Shown: piece after piece, positions 61,355 through 64,000 of the stretch
How the letters are laid out: the number at the start of each line of letters is the position of its first letter
Position numbering within the stretch: the stretch's first letter is position 1
Assembly (NCBI GenBank): GCA_041740815.1
Contig: JBGSLG010000082.1
Span: forward strand, 5,990 to 69,989
Direction of reading: 5' to 3'
Length of the DNA: 64,000 nt
From: Bacteroidales bacterium
GTDB taxonomy: Bacteria; Bacteroidota; Bacteroidia; Bacteroidales; VadinHA17
The notes under the pieces: model-generated
What the model saw: only the letters and a program-made list of their open reading frames with translations
The model's database searches: none
What the model was told of the DNA's origin: nothing
Made by a program: the position numbers and the translations under genes

Positions 61355-64000
61355 ATGCAAAAACTCTATTTGAAAAAACCTCTAAAATCCTCTTTTCTCA
61401 TCATCATCGGAATTTTCTGGCCTTTGGTGCATGCCTCATCACAGGACTATTTTCAGCAGGAGGTGAATTATGAGATCCGGGTGACGTTGATCGACAGCAG
61501 TCATGAATTGCATGGATTCGAATCGGTTGAATACATCAATAACTCTCCCGACACTCTAAGTTTTCTCTATTTTCATCTCTGGCCCAATGCATATTCTAAT
61601 AACGAAACCGCATTAGCCAGGGAGATTTTTGCCAGGGACGGGAAGGGAAAACTGTTTAATGATCCGGAGTTAAAAGGTTATATCGATTCACTGAATTTTA
61701 TGATTGACAGCCAGCCTGCCCGATGGTATTTGTTACCGGAGACCCCTGATATATGCAAAATAATCCTTAATGAGCCTATTACGCAAGGCGATACAATACT
61801 TATAACCACACCTTTTCACGTTAAAATACCCAAAGGCGTAACATCGCGGTTGGGTCATATCGGTGAATCTTACCAGATCACTCAGTGGTATCCCAAGCCT
61901 GCCGTGTATGACAGGCTGGGCTGGCATCAGATGCCATACCTCGATCAGGGTGAGTTCTATTCGGAATTCGGCAGGTATGATGTAAGCATTACTCTTCCCG
62001 CAAATTATGTCGTCGGAGCAACAGGGAACCTGCAGAATGAAGAGGAAAAGAAATGGCTTGATATGCTTTCTGCAAAGCCATTCCTGATGAGAATGCATGA
62101 CTACGGGGGACGCGATTTTCCGGAATCATCAGATCAACTGAAGACCTTGCACTATACTGAGAAAAACATACATGATTTCGCATGGTTTGCCGATAAGAGG
62201 TTCCATGTGCTTAAAGGCACGGTTACGCTGCCGGAATCGGGCAGAGATGTGGTTACATGGGCAATGTTTACCGACCAGGAGGCACAATTCTGGATTAACG
62301 CTATTCCATATCTTAATAATGCGATAGTGAGATTCTCAGAATGGATCGGAGATTATCCCTATGACAATTATACTGCAGTCCAGAGTGCCCTTAACGCAGG
62401 AGCAGGCATGGAATACCCGGGGCTAACCGTAATAGGACTTGCAAAAGATCCATGGCGTCTGGAGGAAGTAATAATCCATGAGATCTGCCATAGCTGGTTT
62501 TACAGTGCAATCGGATCTGATGAACGGGCTTTCCCCTTTATGGATGAGAGCATCGCAAGCGCATACGAATCAAGGTACATGGAAGAAAGAAATCCCGAAA
62601 AGAAACTGTGGGAGGTCGTCTTCGGAAACCAAAAACTGGCCAGGCTGTTCCAACTGACTGAGATGCCGGTGAGGCGTATGCAGGAGATCGAGTGGCTTGT
62701 CCCGGCCCGACTGAACATGGAACAACCCGTTAATCTTGCAGCATCTGACTATAAATATGAAAATTACAGCAGTTTGATCTATAATAAAGCTGCTATTGGC
62801 TTTAACTGGCTCAGGGCTTATCTGGGAACGACTCTCTTTGATTCGATCATGCATGATTATTACCGCAAATGGCAAAACAAACATCCGGGGCCGGAGGACC
62901 TCCGTGAAATATTTGAATCCGGCACGGATAAGGATCTAGCTTGGTTTTTTGATGATTTCCTCGGCACAACCAAACGGCTCGATTATAAAATAGTCCGTAT
63001 TGAAAACCAAAAACTGCTGATAAAAAACAAGGGAGAATTGAACGCTCCCCTCCTGTTAGCAGGATTGTCCGGAGACTCAGTCATCTCAGAACAATGGGAA
63101 GAGGGATTTGCAGGGAAAAAGTGGATCAATGCGCCACCGGGCAATTATTCGGAGATAAGGATCGACCCTGACCATAGAATGACAGAACTGTTCAGACTCA
63201 ATAACAACATACAGAAATCAGGTATTTGCCGCAAAGCAGACCCGGTTCAATTCAGATTCCTGTATACTGTTGATGATCCTGACAGCCGGTCATTGGTTTA
63301 TATCCCTGTCGTCGACTGGAACAGCACAGACGGTTTCATGGCAGGAGTGGCAATACATAACGGCACGCTGATTCCAAAAACGTTCCGGTATCTTGTCATT
63401 CCCTTCTATTCCTTTCGTAATCAGAAGCTTACCGGATTTGTAAAAGCTTCATTAAATGTAGCTCCTTTTGACAGTTTCATCAGGATGGCAACATTTTCTG
63501 TCGAGGGAGAGCAGTTCGGCGCGCCCGGAGATCAACTCTATCATATGGTCAGGGCAGGTTCAGACCTCGCTTTCAGATCAGTTAAAATGACTAACCCTGT
63601 CAATCACAGTATTTTTGGATATTATATTGCTGCATCAGACCTTTCCGTTACAGAACCGGGCGGGGAGGCAAAAATGCGGTCATATCTGCAGGCCGGATAC
63701 GCGGTGGAAAGAGGAAGTATTGTCAATCCTCTCAAAATGCTCTTTTCATTTGAAGCAGGCAGGTCGTATCAGAAGACATCGCTGGAGTTCAACTACAGGC
63801 TAAGCTACAATGGCAAAAACAGCGGGCTCGACAGCAGGTTCTTTGCCGGAACAATGTTACAAAACGGCAATGCTGATCCGTATTATGGATTCGCCGCAGG
63901 CGGAAGAAGCGGCAGGGAACAGTATTTATACCAGGGGATTTTCCCTGACCGGTTCGGCACCTTTCCGGAGACCTTCTGGTCAAGACAGATGACTCTGTCT
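61355..64000 (+). CDS. M1 family (aminopeptidase N-like) metallopeptidase, secreted; 3' end beyond the window
   Basis: Own translation: MQKLYLKKPLKSSFLIIIGIFWPLVHASS|QDYFQQEVNYEI... Zinc site VIIHEICHSWFY-x-AIGSDERAFPFMDES (HExxH-x18-E) near 62470. The frame is open to position 64000. It is absent from the ORF track because no stop is reached. Confidence 0.8.
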   Translation, partial: MQKLYLKKPLKSSFLIIIGIFWPLVHASSQDYFQQEVNYEIRVTLIDSSHELHGFESVEYINNSPDTLSFLYFHLWPNAYSNNETALAREIFARDGKGKLFNDPELKGYIDSLNFMIDSQPARWYLLPETPDICKIILNEPITQGDTILITTPFHVKIPKGVTSRLGHIGESYQITQWYPKPAVYDRLGWHQMPYLDQGEFYSEFGRYDVSITLPANYVVGATGNLQNEEEKKWLDMLSAKPFLMRMHDYGGRDFPESSDQLKTLHYTEKNIHDFAWFADKRFHVLKGTVTLPESGRDVVTWAMFTDQEAQFWINAIPYLNNAIVRFSEWIGDYPYDNYTAVQSALNAGAGMEYPGLTVIGLAKDPWRLEEVIIHEICHSWFYSAIGSDERAFPFMDESIASAYESRYMEERNPEKKLWEVVFGNQKLARLFQLTEMPVRRMQEIEWLVPARLNMEQPVNLAASDYKYENYSSLIYNKAAIGFNWLRAYLGTTLFDSIMHDYYRKWQNKHPGPEDLREIFESGTDKDLAWFFDDFLGTTKRLDYKIVRIENQKLLIKNKGELNAPLLLAGLSGDSVISEQWEEGFAGKKWINAPPGNYSEIRIDPDHRMTELFRLNNNIQKSGICRKADPVQFRFLYTVDDPDSRSLVYIPVVDWNSTDGFMAGVAIHNGTLIPKTFRYLVIPFYSFRNQKLTGFVKASLNVAPFDSFIRMATFSVEGEQFGAPGDQLYHMVRAGSDLAFRSVKMTNPVNHSIFGYYIAASDLSVTEPGGEAKMRSYLQAGYAVERGSIVNPLKMLFSFEAGRSYQKTSLEFNYRLSYNGKNSGLDSRFFAGTMLQNGNADPYYGFAAGGRSGREQYLYQGIFPDRFGTFPETFWSRQMTLS

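Overview
This 64-kb chromosomal window comes from a Bacteroidota-type genome. Supporting evidence: T9SS C-terminal sorting domains of both type A and type B, a PorZ-like protein, and a CarboxypepD_reg TonB-dependent receptor with a DUF4249 gene nearby. In addition, many signal peptides are cleaved just before Gln (..A|Q), and TAnnTTTG -7 boxes sit 12-27 nt upstream of many start codons. I call about 45 protein genes. I saw no rRNA, tRNA, CRISPR array, transposase, integrase or phage genes.

- **1-15 kb:** housekeeping genes (ftsX, ilvE, rdgB, recO, deoxynucleoside kinase, M16 peptidase), plus two class III cyclase-HD fusion paralogs.
- **15-24 kb:** a putative carboxylate sensing and uptake unit. 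It holds a metallophosphoesterase, a Cache-PAS-CBS-DUF294 nucleotidyltransferase sensor, a four-gene operon (DUF4212-like, Na+/solute symporter, membrane protein, porin) and a divergent Crp/Fnr regulator.
- **26-34 kb:** a TonB receptor, DUF4249 and a plug-only protein.
- **34-44 kb:** two lipid head-group modules around a GH30/GH20 lipoprotein pair.
- **44-53.2 kb (most unusual):** two very large paralogous receiver plus PPDK_N-like ATP-grasp proteins face outward around gdhA. Each is followed, in the same relative orientation, by a conserved heptamer-rich non-coding element, so the roughly 9.2-kb module is bounded by inverted repeats.
- **53-64 kb:** a T9SS type-B cargo protein, an MlaEFD-like operon ending in an Omp85-like protein, csbD and a truncated M1 peptidase.

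All domain calls come from reading motifs by eye. No searches were run.
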